From: an uncultured Thiomicrospira sp. | Lineage (GTDB): Bacteria > Pseudomonadota > Gammaproteobacteria > CAKMZV01 | Assembly (NCBI GenBank): GCA_965195345.1 | Contig: OZ239628.1 | Coordinates: forward strand, 928,001-992,000 | Direction of reading: 5' to 3' | Length of the DNA stretch: 64,000 bases | Shown here: one piece after another, positions 40,434-50,587 of the stretch | How the letters are laid out: each line of letters starts with the position of its first letter | Numbering within the stretch: the stretch's first letter is position 1 | Notes under the pieces: model-generated | Databases searched by the model: none | The model's input: only the letters and a program-made list of their open reading frames with translations | Told to the model about the DNA's origin: nothing | Made by a program: the position numbers and the translations under genes

Positions 40434-41063
40434 TTATTGAGTTTTTATGTAAGCTTTTTTGATTACGATGTCGTCAACTGGAACATCACGGAAGAATTTA
40501 AAAATTCCAGTTTTTTCTTTTTGCATTGCGTTGACCACACTCATGCCATCAATAACTTTAGCAAATACAGCGTAGCCATAACCTGAGGTAGACTTGTCCT
40601 TGTGATCGAGAAAAGCATTGTCTGCTAGATTGATGAAAAATTGAGAGGAGGCTGAATTAGGATCTTCCGTTCGAGCCATAGATAATGTTGCAATTTCGTT
40701 TTTAAGTCCATTGCTTGCTTCATTTTTAATGGGAGGGGCGGTTTCTTTTTTTACCATGTTAGGTGCAAATCCACCTCCTTGAACTACAAAATTTGGAATG
40801 ACACGATGGAAAATGGTATTGTCATAAAATCCATTCTTAGTATATTCTAAGAAGTTTTTTACTGTGATAGGTGCTTTTTCAGGATATAGTTCTATAGTCA
40901 AGTCACCAAGAGAGGTTTCAAAAATAACCAAAGGTTTGCTTGGGACGTTTAAATCGCCAGAATTATTTGAGCAAGCATGGCTTGAAAAACCAAAAATCAT
41001 TATTATAAATAGTTTGTAGAATAAACGATTAAAATAACTTTTTGAAACAATTGAAACTTTCAC
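40434..41063 (-). CDS. ppiA: exported cyclophilin-type peptidyl-prolyl isomerase
   Basis: AGGAG RBS before GTG 41063; hydrophobic leader; FHRVIP.F.VQGGG, MART.DPNSA.SQFFIN. Confidence 0.85.
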   Translation of the reverse strand: MKVSIVSKSYFNRLFYKLFIIMIFGFSSHACSNNSGDLNVPSKPLVIFETSLGDLTIELYPEKAPITVKNFLEYTKNGFYDNTIFHRVIPNFVVQGGGFAPNMVKKETAPPIKNEASNGLKNEIATLSMARTEDPNSASSQFFINLADNAFLDHKDKSTSGYGYAVFAKVIDGMSVVNAMQKEKTGIFKFFRDVPVDDIVIKKAYIKTQ

Positions 41064-41163
41064 AAGAACTCCTAAAAATAAGCACATTAAACGCGTATTA
41101 TAACTGTCGCAATCCAGTAATTTTGACAGACTTTACGTATTTTAAATACTTGTCTACATATTA

Positions 41164-42564
41164 ATGAAAACTCGATTTGCTCCTAGTCCTACTGGTGAAA
41201 TGCATACAGGCAATGCACGAACTGCATTGTTTAGTTCATTGCTTGCAGGTTCTCAAAAAGACGGAAAATTTGTATTGCGTATTGAAGATACCGATATCGA
41301 ACGCTCGGAGGATGTATATAGAGTTCAGTTGATGCAAGACTTGCATAAGCTTGAAATATACTGGCATGAAGGCGAAGAGATAGGTGGTGAAAATGGTCCT
41401 TATAGGCAATCCCAGCGTTCTCATATTTACAATCAATACTTGCAGGAATTGGTTTCTAAAAATCTTGCGTACCCTTGTTTTTGCTCACAAGAGGAATTAA
41501 AAGAAATGCGAATGGAGCAAAAATTAGCAGGAGTTCCCCCAAGGTATTCAGGAAAATGGGCAAACGCTGATCCCGAGCTTGTAAAGAAGAAAAAAGAACA
41601 AGGTGTATCTTATACTATGCGCTTTCGAGTTGCTCCTCATAAAAATTTACATTATGAAGATCTCGTGAAAGGCAATCAACGCTTTAGTACAGATGAAATA
41701 GGCGATTTTGTTATTGTTAAAGAAGACGGGACTGCTTCATTTTTTTATGCAAATGCTATTGATGATGCGTTGATGGGAATCACCCATGTGCTACGAGGAG
41801 ACGATCACCTTACGAATACACCGCGACAAATATTAATATTAGAAGGATTGGGCTTGCCGATACCTAAGTACGGGCATCTCAATACGATTTTGGGCGAGGA
41901 TGGTAAACCTCTATCTAAGCGCAATGGTAGTGTAAGTATTAAGCAGATGCTTGCACAAGGTTGGTTGCCGAGTGGCATTATTAATTATTTTGCAAGGTTG
42001 GGACACTATTATTCTGATAATGCGCTGCTTGGGATGGAACAATTGGCGATTCAATTTAGTATAAAATCTTTAGGAAAATCTGCCGCAAAATACGATCCCA
42101 TACAACTAAAGTACTGGCAAAAAATTGCTCTTGAAGCATGTTCCACACAAGAAGTATGGGATTGGATAAAACCAGAAGTTGGAGAAATAATTGATGAGAA
42201 GAATGCACTAAATTTTACTAAGGTCATTCGAGACAATATTTTGTTTCCCAAAGACGCACTCATTTATGCTAATATATTAACCAAGGTGTTACCAGATTAT
42301 TCGAATGAAATTACGCAGTGTATGGAGCAGGCGGGAAAAGCTTATTTTATAACTGCTCAGCAAGCGTGGGAAGAAGTGCCAGACGCAACCAATATGATTG
42401 CTCATTTACAGAAGATGTCATTAAAAGGGAAAGCATTGTTTATGCCTTTGAGGGCAGCTTTGACGGGAATGACACACGGTCCAGAAATGGGGTCATTAAT
42501 CGATTTGATTCCTAATGAATTTGTTCAACAACGCTTGCAGTATGCCTGCGAAATTAGTCAATAG
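41164..42564 (+). CDS. gltX: glutamate--tRNA ligase
   Basis: RFAPSPTG.MH.GN, LRIEDTD, YPCFCS, RG.DH..NT..Q, PLSKR, full anticodon domain (PLRAALTG..HGP). Confidence 0.95.
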   Translation: MKTRFAPSPTGEMHTGNARTALFSSLLAGSQKDGKFVLRIEDTDIERSEDVYRVQLMQDLHKLEIYWHEGEEIGGENGPYRQSQRSHIYNQYLQELVSKNLAYPCFCSQEELKEMRMEQKLAGVPPRYSGKWANADPELVKKKKEQGVSYTMRFRVAPHKNLHYEDLVKGNQRFSTDEIGDFVIVKEDGTASFFYANAIDDALMGITHVLRGDDHLTNTPRQILILEGLGLPIPKYGHLNTILGEDGKPLSKRNGSVSIKQMLAQGWLPSGIINYFARLGHYYSDNALLGMEQLAIQFSIKSLGKSAAKYDPIQLKYWQKIALEACSTQEVWDWIKPEVGEIIDEKNALNFTKVIRDNILFPKDALIYANILTKVLPDYSNEITQCMEQAGKAYFITAQQAWEEVPDATNMIAHLQKMSLKGKALFMPLRAALTGMTHGPEMGSLIDLIPNEFVQQRLQYACEISQ

Positions 42565-42566
42565 CC

Positions 42567-43865
42567 ATGCACATTACAACTAAGAGGCTTGAAAAAATAC
42601 TTAATAACTCGAAAGAGGTAAAGATTAGCAATCAATCTCGTATTTTGATGATTGCTGTTGATGAGCAAGAATACCGTGTTCAGGCTAATAATCCCGAACA
42701 ACATGTTGAAGGCATCGCTGCAAATGTTTTAGGCGCTACTCCAACATTGATAGAGGATTTTGAGTTTTTGGTGATCTGGCTGTTGCGCAATTGTTGGTAT
42801 CAACGCTCCAAAGGTATTAACGTCAATGTGGCGGAGGTTGTTATTGAAGCAGTTGAACTGCCTTCAAACCTTCAAGTATACGACGAAGATGGCAGATTAA
42901 TAAGCATGGGCGATCTTGAGGCTTTTGTTAAACCTTACTTTGTCAATAATTACCAGCAGTGGAAAATGGAAGCTATGCTATTGCCTATAAATGCTCAACC
43001 TTCTCATTTTTCGAGAAAAACTTCTTGGGGTGTTAATGACATAGTTCCAGTGCAAGACATAAGAACGCGTGATTTGGCTTCATTAGTTAAAGATGAAGGA
43101 ATGCATCATCAAGGTTGTTATGTGCTCAGTGAGAAAATTAGCAAAGATACGGCGGTTATTCACGGATATGCCTCCTACCGCATTGGTTCGGAATTAAGTG
43201 CTGGACACTTGATGTTAAATTGGCTAATACGTATAGTAGCAGGAGAAGGGAAGTTAATGCGACCCGAGATAGCAATCATTGAAAGTGATAAGGTTCCAGG
43301 TTTGGTGCTCTCAGGCATGAACTTATGTGATAAAAATGGCAACCCGCTAAGTCCTAACCAAGAAACAGTACATTTGATGCGCCTATTGCAGGATTATCGC
43401 GAATGGACAGATGGATGCGTAAATATTTTCACGGATTTTGTTAGAATGCATTTTTCTGAAAACGATCAAGCTCAGGAATGGTTGACTGCTGTTGATGCTC
43501 AAAAAAACCTCGATAATGTTGAAAGTATTCAACTTGAATTATTCAGTACTCTTGAACCTCAAACAAAAACTTTTATTGTAGAGACAAACAATGAGCCTGA
43601 TCTTTCTTTTAAAGGGGTTCGTTTGGGTAGAGTAATTGACTCATCTAAGCAGGGTTTATCACGTATATTAGACCTCTATCAAACACAAGAGGGTTCGTGG
43701 GTTTGCGTAAAAAAATCAATGTTTGAAGGTCAAGAAGCAAGAGAAGAACTCGTTGTTAAGGTGCTCTCGTCAAAACAAGAAGTGATCAATTTTTTTGGTT
43801 CCGATCAATTTGCCAAGACGCTGTATAAGCAAGCCAACATTGACTACTTTCGCCGTATTGACTAA
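42567..43865 (+). CDS. hypothetical protein with duplicated N-terminal domain
   Basis: 432-aa ORF starting 2 nt after the gltX stop; internal similarity between aa ~1-132 and ~163-280. Confidence 0.8.
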   Translation: MHITTKRLEKILNNSKEVKISNQSRILMIAVDEQEYRVQANNPEQHVEGIAANVLGATPTLIEDFEFLVIWLLRNCWYQRSKGINVNVAEVVIEAVELPSNLQVYDEDGRLISMGDLEAFVKPYFVNNYQQWKMEAMLLPINAQPSHFSRKTSWGVNDIVPVQDIRTRDLASLVKDEGMHHQGCYVLSEKISKDTAVIHGYASYRIGSELSAGHLMLNWLIRIVAGEGKLMRPEIAIIESDKVPGLVLSGMNLCDKNGNPLSPNQETVHLMRLLQDYREWTDGCVNIFTDFVRMHFSENDQAQEWLTAVDAQKNLDNVESIQLELFSTLEPQTKTFIVETNNEPDLSFKGVRLGRVIDSSKQGLSRILDLYQTQEGSWVCVKKSMFEGQEAREELVVKVLSSKQEVINFFGSDQFAKTLYKQANIDYFRRID

Positions 43866-43970
43866 AAGAAATTCACTCGCAATAATTACTTGTTTAACGT
43901 ATATTTCATAAAATTCTTATTCATTGCTTTAATCGATAAAGTTACAACCACTTATTTTTATAAAAATTGA

Positions 43971-44630
43971 ATGACATTAGCTATATTTGATCTTGATGGA
44001 ACGTTGTTGGAGGGAGACAGTGCTACTCTTTGGGGAGAGCATATGGTTAAGCATAATTTAGTTGCTGATGCTGAATATTTCCGTAAGGAAAATGAGCGAT
44101 TTGACACGGATTATAAAAACGGATGTTTGGATACTCTTTCCTATTTTGCCTTTATTCTTAAGCCGATGTTAGCTATGCATCCTGACGATTTATTGGCGTT
44201 TAATCATCAGTTTGTTGAAGAAGTGATTCGCCCTTGCATTCGCCCCGTTGGACTTGAACGCATAGACTTTCATAAAGAACAGGGAGATACTGTCATGATT
44301 GCAACATCAACTATTGACGCATTAGCGATCCCTGTTGCTCATTTGTGCGGCGTTGAGCATGTGATAGCTACAAGGTTGGAATTAGTAGGAGGGCATCTCA
44401 CGGGAGATATCATAGGAGAGCCTGCATACGGAGAAGGAAAAGTGGCGCTTATAGAAGAATGGATACAGGAAAATAATGAATCTTGGAAGGATAGCTATGC
44501 TTATTCGGACTCTGATGTAGACATTCCTTTACTTAGTCGCGCAATGCATGCTGTAGCGGTTAACCCTAATAAAAATCTTGAGAAAAAAGCTAATGAGAAA
44601 GAATGGGAAATTGCCGACTTCAGTATCTAA
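43971..44630 (+). CDS. HAD-IB family phosphatase (SerB-like)
   Basis: FDLDGTL, GEGK, YAYSDS..D.PLL, AVNP. Confidence 0.9.
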   Translation: MTLAIFDLDGTLLEGDSATLWGEHMVKHNLVADAEYFRKENERFDTDYKNGCLDTLSYFAFILKPMLAMHPDDLLAFNHQFVEEVIRPCIRPVGLERIDFHKEQGDTVMIATSTIDALAIPVAHLCGVEHVIATRLELVGGHLTGDIIGEPAYGEGKVALIEEWIQENNESWKDSYAYSDSDVDIPLLSRAMHAVAVNPNKNLEKKANEKEWEIADFSI

Positions 44631-44747
44631 TGAACACTCCAGATACAGGAGTTTTGTTATCTGGCAGGGAATGTTTAGTGATTTGTTATCAAATTGAAAA
44701 ATGATACGTCTGTCTGTGATAGTCCGTTAAAAATCAGAATAAAAGAT

Positions 44748-45434
44748 ATGCAGAATCAAGATAATTATAAACTTGCCAACTATCAACGTCCCTTGGAATT
44801 AAATTCACCATTGGACGAGAAAAAAATTTTATTGCATTCGTGCTGTGCTCCGTGCGCAGGAGAAGTAATGTTAGCATTATCTGCAGCAGGATTTGAGCAA
44901 ACTATATATTTTTATAATCCAAACATCCATCCAAAGGTGGAGTACGATATTCGAAAGCAAGAGAACATACGTTTTTGTGAAAAAATGAATATTCCTTTTA
45001 TTGATGCCGACTATGATCGGGAACAATGGTTTGAAAGAACAAAAGGACAAGAGTGGGAACCTGAGCGAGGAAAACGTTGTACATCATGTTTTGATATGCG
45101 TTTCGAGCAAACAGCTGGTTATGCCAAAGCAAATGGTTGGAGTCTGATCTCTTCAACATTGGGGATTTCTCGATGGAAAGATATGGAGCAAATAAATGCC
45201 TGTGGTGAGCGTGCCGCAAACCGAGTCGGAGATATTACTTATTGGACTTATAACTGGCGCAGAGCAGGAGGCTCATCAAGAATGGTTGAGCTGGCAAAGG
45301 AAGAGAATTTTTATCAACAAGAATATTGTGGCTGTGTGTACAGTCTGAGAGATACAAATCGGTGGCGCGAGGAGCGCGGAAGAGAACGAGTAATTCGGGG
45401 TATTAAGTTTTATGGTAAAGATGGTTTTGACTGA
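44748..45434 (+). CDS. queH: epoxyqueuosine reductase QueH
   Basis: [37 protein letters not shown]. Confidence 0.93.
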   Translation: MQNQDNYKLANYQRPLELNSPLDEKKILLHSCCAPCAGEVMLALSAAGFEQTIYFYNPNIHPKVEYDIRKQENIRFCEKMNIPFIDADYDREQWFERTKGQEWEPERGKRCTSCFDMRFEQTAGYAKANGWSLISSTLGISRWKDMEQINACGERAANRVGDITYWTYNWRRAGGSSRMVELAKEENFYQQEYCGCVYSLRDTNRWREERGRERVIRGIKFYGKDGFD

Positions 45435-45553
45435 TTAAAACGTGCCGCTTATTTTTTTAGGATGCTTTTAAAAATAGGACTATTGAAAACGAATTAGATT
45501 ATCTGATTTCTGTGAGAGGCATTGTTTATTAAGGTAAAATACCACTATTCTAT

Positions 45554-45630
45554 GGCGGGCGTAGCTCAGTTGGTAGAGCACAGGTTTGTGGCACCTGTGG
45601 TCGCGGGTTCAATCCCCGTCGCTCGCCCCA
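45554..45630 (+). tRNA. tRNA-His(GTG)
   Basis: G-1 plus GCGGGCG acceptor, CAGGT-TT-GTG-GC-ACCTG, C73 discriminator, CCA. Confidence 0.96.
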
Positions 45631-45651
45631 TTTCTTTCATTATTTTTCAAA

Positions 45652-47589
45652 ATGCTTTCAAAAAATCAACTTGCAGATGATATACGTCATTGGTTAGGAA
45701 ATGAAAGCCCTCTAAAAAGTGGATTTAACAGTTTTTCCAAGCGTGATGCTCAACTAGACATGGCATTGCATATCGGAGATGTGCTTTTAGAAAAATCAAA
45801 CATTATAGTGGAGGCTCCGACTGGTATCGGCAAAACACTAGCCTATTTAATACCTGCATTGCTTGCAGGAAAAAAAACTGTAGTTGCTTCACGTACTAAA
45901 GTCCTGCAAGAACAGCTGATGCAACACGACATACCTAAATTGCTCAATCTTTTTCCTGAAGGTAAGCGTGTTGTGATGTTAAAAGGGAAAGAGAATTATC
46001 TTTCCAAAGAACGAATGGCGTTAACACGAGATACGCTTTTAGGTTTGGATGATCAGGAGCGAACAGATTTCCATAATATTGAGTTATGGGCAAAAATTAC
46101 TAAAAGTGGCGACAAAGCAGAATGCTTACAAGTTTCCCCCAGCGCTTCTATATGGCGAATGGTAACCAATAGAGCACAGGATGAACTAGAGCCCGATGGG
46201 TTTTGTGCGAATGCTCGCAAAAAAGCATATCATTCAGATATTTTAGTTGTAAATCAGCATTTATTGTGTGCAGATTTACAAATGCGTAATGAAGCAGATG
46301 TGAAGCTGCTTCCATCATTTGATGCATTTGTTATTGATGAATCTCATGCTTTTCCAGAGACTGCTGCCATGATGTTCAGCGAACAAACGAGTTTTAGACA
46401 CATTTCAGATCTATCTCAAGATGGGTTAACTTTGTTGACTGAAGAGTCAAACAATGACATAGATATTAATGAAAAACTGAAAATGTTAAGCTCATGCGCA
46501 GAAAGGGCAAGGTTATTGTTAAGCCCCATTCAAGGGCGTTTTGAATGGCATGATACTTTGAAAAACACAATCGGATTGGAAAAATGGGTTCATGATGTAT
46601 TGGAATTAATTCTTTTTTTAGAAAAGAGTTTCCAAGACCAATCAGAGAGGGGATACAAGTATGGAAAAATGGCAGCGCGCTTTGCAGATTGCAGTTCAAT
46701 CTTTAATACGCTGTTGAGTGGAATGAATCAAGACACTCTTGATTATATTCTTTGGTTGGAAGTTTCCAATAACGGTTATTTTCGCATCTATGTTACCCCG
46801 ATCAAAGTAGCATCTAAATTTCGAGAAATGATGCGAACAACCGATTCTTCTTGGGTTTTTACATCGGCTACGTTGGCAATTAATGGCGATTTCACTTCTT
46901 TTAGGCAACGCTTAGGACTTGATAAAGACCAGTGCGTTACTTTGAATCTACCATCTCCTTTTGATTACAAAAAACAAGGCGCTTTTTATAAGTTAGAAAA
47001 TGTTTTTGATCCTAATTTTATGGAACATACCATTGATTTTTTATCTAAAATATTACCAGTTTTAAACCTTTTGAAAGGGCGTACGTTTATATTGTTTACT
47101 AGTTATGCCGCCATGAATCGCGCGCGCGCATGGTTAGAGGTTAACACGTCATTCCATTTGCTTGTGCAAGGAGATCAGGCAAGTCAACAGTTGATTGATG
47201 TATTCAAAAAAAGTGAAAATAGCGTGCTGCTTGCAACACACAGTTTTTGGGAAGGAGTCGACGTAAAGGGTGATGCGTTATCATGCGTGGTTATTGACAA
47301 GCTGCCATTTGCATCTCCTGAAGACCCTTTGGTTAAAGCACGTAGACGGTGGTATGAAAAGACAGGGCGAAACCATTTTATTCAGGATGCTTTGCCGAGA
47401 GCTATTTTGCAATTACGCCAAGGTGTGGGACGTTTAATTAGAGGGATCGACGATAAGGGAATATTAATAATTGCAGATAACAGATTACACAGCAAACAAT
47501 ATGGGCGGTTGGTTTTGCAGAGTTTGCCAGAATTTAAAACCATAGATTCATTTCAAGAATTAGAAGCGTTTTGGTATGGAAAAAACTGA
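45652..47589 (+). CDS. yoaA: DinG/YoaA-family DNA helicase
   Basis: EAPTG.GKT.AYL, IDESH, TSATL, SPFDY, LFTSY, SFWEGVDV.G, KLPF.SP, QG.GRLIR; upstream of tsaB; start at ATG 45652 because the track start lies inside the tRNA. Confidence 0.9.
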   Translation: MLSKNQLADDIRHWLGNESPLKSGFNSFSKRDAQLDMALHIGDVLLEKSNIIVEAPTGIGKTLAYLIPALLAGKKTVVASRTKVLQEQLMQHDIPKLLNLFPEGKRVVMLKGKENYLSKERMALTRDTLLGLDDQERTDFHNIELWAKITKSGDKAECLQVSPSASIWRMVTNRAQDELEPDGFCANARKKAYHSDILVVNQHLLCADLQMRNEADVKLLPSFDAFVIDESHAFPETAAMMFSEQTSFRHISDLSQDGLTLLTEESNNDIDINEKLKMLSSCAERARLLLSPIQGRFEWHDTLKNTIGLEKWVHDVLELILFLEKSFQDQSERGYKYGKMAARFADCSSIFNTLLSGMNQDTLDYILWLEVSNNGYFRIYVTPIKVASKFREMMRTTDSSWVFTSATLAINGDFTSFRQRLGLDKDQCVTLNLPSPFDYKKQGAFYKLENVFDPNFMEHTIDFLSKILPVLNLLKGRTFILFTSYAAMNRARAWLEVNTSFHLLVQGDQASQQLIDVFKKSENSVLLATHSFWEGVDVKGDALSCVVIDKLPFASPEDPLVKARRRWYEKTGRNHFIQDALPRAILQLRQGVGRLIRGIDDKGILIIADNRLHSKQYGRLVLQSLPEFKTIDSFQELEAFWYGKN

Positions 47590-48229
47590 TTGTATTTTAG
47601 GAATAAGTCTCTCTCAGGCAAATGGCTTCGTGGCTATTTCAGTGAATCAAAGTATATTTGAATATCGGTTTACCTCTCCTCAAGAGCATTCGAGATTGTT
47701 TTTTGATAAATTGGATTTGTTATTGAAGAATGCTCGACTAAAAACCAAACAGTTTCAAGGCGTTGTATTAGACATAGGTCCTGGGAGTTTTATGGGGGTT
47801 CGTAGTGGGTTATCTATAGCACAAGGCATTGCTTTTTCTATGCAAATTCCAATTTTACCGGTGGCAAGCCTTGAAATCATGGCTCTACAGGCAATGCACA
47901 TTGATGGTAATGCAAAGAGTGATTGGGTCTTTACAGCTCAAGATGCACGTATGGGAGAATGTTATTATGCGCTGTGGAGCTGTAAAGGAAATATGTTAGA
48001 AAGTGTTTTTGAGCCAAATGTCGCAACACTGGAACATGCCGAAGAGCACATTCAAAAGTTGTCAACGACACCAATTACTATAGGTAATGCCTTTGATCAA
48101 ACATTTGCTATTTCAGCGGATGCAATGTTCAAGTTAGCGCATCAAAAAGATGATTGGCAAGATAGCAGCTTGGTAAAACCGCTTTATATAAGAACTCAAG
48201 TTGCTAAAGTACCACCATTGGTAAATTAA
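47576..48229 (+). CDS. tsaB: t6A biosynthesis protein TsaB
   Basis: EHS, GPGSF.G.R.G...AQG.A, DARM.E.Y, P.Y.R. Confidence 0.93.
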   Translation: MEKTDCILGISLSQANGFVAISVNQSIFEYRFTSPQEHSRLFFDKLDLLLKNARLKTKQFQGVVLDIGPGSFMGVRSGLSIAQGIAFSMQIPILPVASLEIMALQAMHIDGNAKSDWVFTAQDARMGECYYALWSCKGNMLESVFEPNVATLEHAEEHIQKLSTTPITIGNAFDQTFAISADAMFKLAHQKDDWQDSSLVKPLYIRTQVAKVPPLVN

Positions 48230-49404
48230 GACTTACAAAAAACTTCAAATTTATCTAACGCTTTTTCAAGTTTCTCCATTGAAGTGGCAAAAGACATTCT
48301 GAGATGTCCTTGCGAGCCAAATCCACTACCTGGTACGGCTGCTACACCGTGTTTTTCTAATAAATCGGCAGTAAATGCAACATCACTCTTATAACCTTTC
48401 TTGAGCATAACAGCTGATATCTCAGGAAAAGTATAGAAAGAACCAGCTGAAGGTAATACGTTTATTTTGTCAATACTTGATAAGCGCTCGTAAACATATT
48501 TGTGGCGTATGCTAAATTGTTCAAGCATTTGTGCGACATTCTCTTGACTTCCTTTGATCGCCTCTAAGGCAGCATATTGCGCTATAGAAGTAGGGTTTGA
48601 GGTGCTTTGCCCTTGAATGGTTTTAACTGCTTTGATAATGCGTGAATCCCCTGCCATATAGCCGATACGCCATCCTGTCATTGCATAAGTTTTAGACACT
48701 CCGTTGACAACAATAGTTCGATCCTTTAGCGCAGGTTCAACGTTGAGAATGTTAGCAAATTCAAGGTTATTAAAAATGATTTTTTCGTAAATATCATCGC
48801 TTATGATCAACACATTAGGATGATCCAGTAATACTTCAGCAAGGCTCTTTAACTCTTCTTTAGAATAGAGCGCACCAGACGGATTGCTTGGGCTGTTAAG
48901 GAAAATCAAACGAGTGCGGTCAGTAATGGATGATTTGAGTAACTCGGCTGTCAATTTAAATTCTGATTCAATAGGGCACTCAACAATAATTGGAGTCGCA
49001 CCTGCCAGAAGGACAATGTCAGGATAAGATACCCAATATGGTGTTGGAATAATAACTTCATCTCCTGCATTAAGTATCGCCTGACACAGATTGTAGCAAC
49101 CTTGTTTGGCGCCTACGTTAACACAAATTTGATTTAAGTCGTAATGTAACCCGTTATCGGTGATAAATTTAGACTGGATAGCTTCTTTCAAAGGTTTTAC
49201 ACCATCCACCGAGGTGTATTTAGTTATGCCTTTATTGATGGCATCAATAGCAGCTTGTTTGATATGTTCGGGTGTGTCAAAATCGGGTTCGCCAGAGCTT
49301 AATGAAATAACATCACGCCCTTGAGCGCGCATTTGTTCAGCTAAAGCCGATATTTCAAGTGTTGGGGACGGTTTTACAAGATCAAGTGTTTTTGATAGTT
49401 TCAT
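48226..49404 (-). CDS. class I PLP-dependent (aspartate-type) aminotransferase
   Basis: GEPDFDTP, PYWVSY, NSPSNPSG, DDIY, SKTYAMTGWRIG. Confidence 0.93.
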   Translation of the reverse strand: MKLSKTLDLVKPSPTLEISALAEQMRAQGRDVISLSSGEPDFDTPEHIKQAAIDAINKGITKYTSVDGVKPLKEAIQSKFITDNGLHYDLNQICVNVGAKQGCYNLCQAILNAGDEVIIPTPYWVSYPDIVLLAGATPIIVECPIESEFKLTAELLKSSITDRTRLIFLNSPSNPSGALYSKEELKSLAEVLLDHPNVLIISDDIYEKIIFNNLEFANILNVEPALKDRTIVVNGVSKTYAMTGWRIGYMAGDSRIIKAVKTIQGQSTSNPTSIAQYAALEAIKGSQENVAQMLEQFSIRHKYVYERLSSIDKINVLPSAGSFYTFPEISAVMLKKGYKSDVAFTADLLEKHGVAAVPGSGFGSQGHLRMSFATSMEKLEKALDKFEVFCKS

Positions 49405-50144
49405 ATGCTAGGTTTCCAATTTTCGAATTTAAACGGGGTATCGGGGGTTGATGGATCCAGTACTATTATAACGGCACCATCGGAATGCCAATCTCCTACG
49501 ACCGCTGCAGAATGGCTATTATATAAGGATAAGCCTGGCTGATGTATATGTCCATGTATTAATTGATGGTCTGGCCATTCCTGCATCATTTCTTCTATTG
49601 TTTCAGCGCAAGGGTGTTGCAACTCCAGCGCTTTAGTATTATTTATTTCGCCACTTCGAACACGCAATTCATTGGCCAATTTTAAACGTTCGTTGAGCGG
49701 TTTTGAAAGCATTTCTTTTTGCCATGCTTCAGAGCGAGTTAATGAACGAAATTGCTGATAGTCTTTATCCAGAGTGCAGGCGCTATCGCCATGTATCAGT
49801 AGATATTTATTTTTTGTATGATTGAGTATACAAGGGTCATTTATTCCAGTCGTATTAGTATAGCTAAAAAAATCTTCCCCAAGCAGAAAGTCACGATTTC
49901 CATGCTGGATATAAATTGGCAGAGGGCAAGCCCTCAATGCTTCAATTTCATTTTGATAAATAGACATCCCATCGTCGCCTATCCAAAAGTCAAATAAATC
50001 GCCAATGATTATTAACGCATTGTAATTATGTGTACTGTGTTGTAAAAATTCGAAAAAAGCTTTACTGATTTCTGGTTTTTTAATATGCAAATGCAAGTCA
50101 CCTAAAATAGCAATTTTTTCTGAAGAATTAATGAAGTTGATCAT
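49401..50144 (-). CDS. lpxH: UDP-2,3-diacylglucosamine hydrolase
   Basis: DLHL, GDLFD.WIGDD, GNRDFL.G, HGD..CT.D..YQ.FR, IHGH.H.P, GDW. Confidence 0.93.
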   Translation of the reverse strand: MINFINSSEKIAILGDLHLHIKKPEISKAFFEFLQHSTHNYNALIIIGDLFDFWIGDDGMSIYQNEIEALRACPLPIYIQHGNRDFLLGEDFFSYTNTTGINDPCILNHTKNKYLLIHGDSACTLDKDYQQFRSLTRSEAWQKEMLSKPLNERLKLANELRVRSGEINNTKALELQHPCAETIEEMMQEWPDHQLIHGHIHQPGLSLYNSHSAAVVGDWHSDGAVIIVLDPSTPDTPFKFENWKPSI

Positions 50145-50587
50145 TAATGATTTGCCGTAGGAAGAATAGATAACTCTGCTATTCGATTGAAGTACTGTTC
50201 TATATTAAAAGCATCTTGCTGACTTTGCGAATACATTATATCTGCTAAAGCTTCCATCAAAATATGCTCAGATCTGTGCCAATCGCCGCCTAAATTTGAC
50301 AGTATATCAGCATAGATTGGTTGGATTCCTGGGGGGTGATTGCTAAAATGCTGTTCACGAACAGCAAGATGAAAACTCATGTGTAGAAATGGGTTTTGCA
50401 AGTCGCTGCCTGCTGGCACCTCTAATATTTTATCCAGTGATTCAAAAAAATTATGATATTCGGGATGCTCTTTGATAATTTCAACTATCATTTTTTCAAC
50501 GTTTTCAAGCGGCGCGTTTGCTAGGCTTTTTTGCCAACTATCAAAGTAGAAAGCCCGATATTTTTCAAGAGAGTCAGTATAAATCAT
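50144..50587 (-). CDS. DUF1841-family protein
   Basis: HPEYH, NPFLHMS.HL...EQ.....P.GI. Confidence 0.8.
   Translation of the reverse strand: MIYTDSLEKYRAFYFDSWQKSLANAPLENVEKMIVEIIKEHPEYHNFFESLDKILEVPAGSDLQNPFLHMSFHLAVREQHFSNHPPGIQPIYADILSNLGGDWHRSEHILMEALADIMYSQSQQDAFNIEQYFNRIAELSILPTANH

Noticed and set aside
45586-45651. N-terminal extension of the helicase in the ORF track
   Set aside because: It overlaps tRNA-His; ATG 45652 is the plausible start
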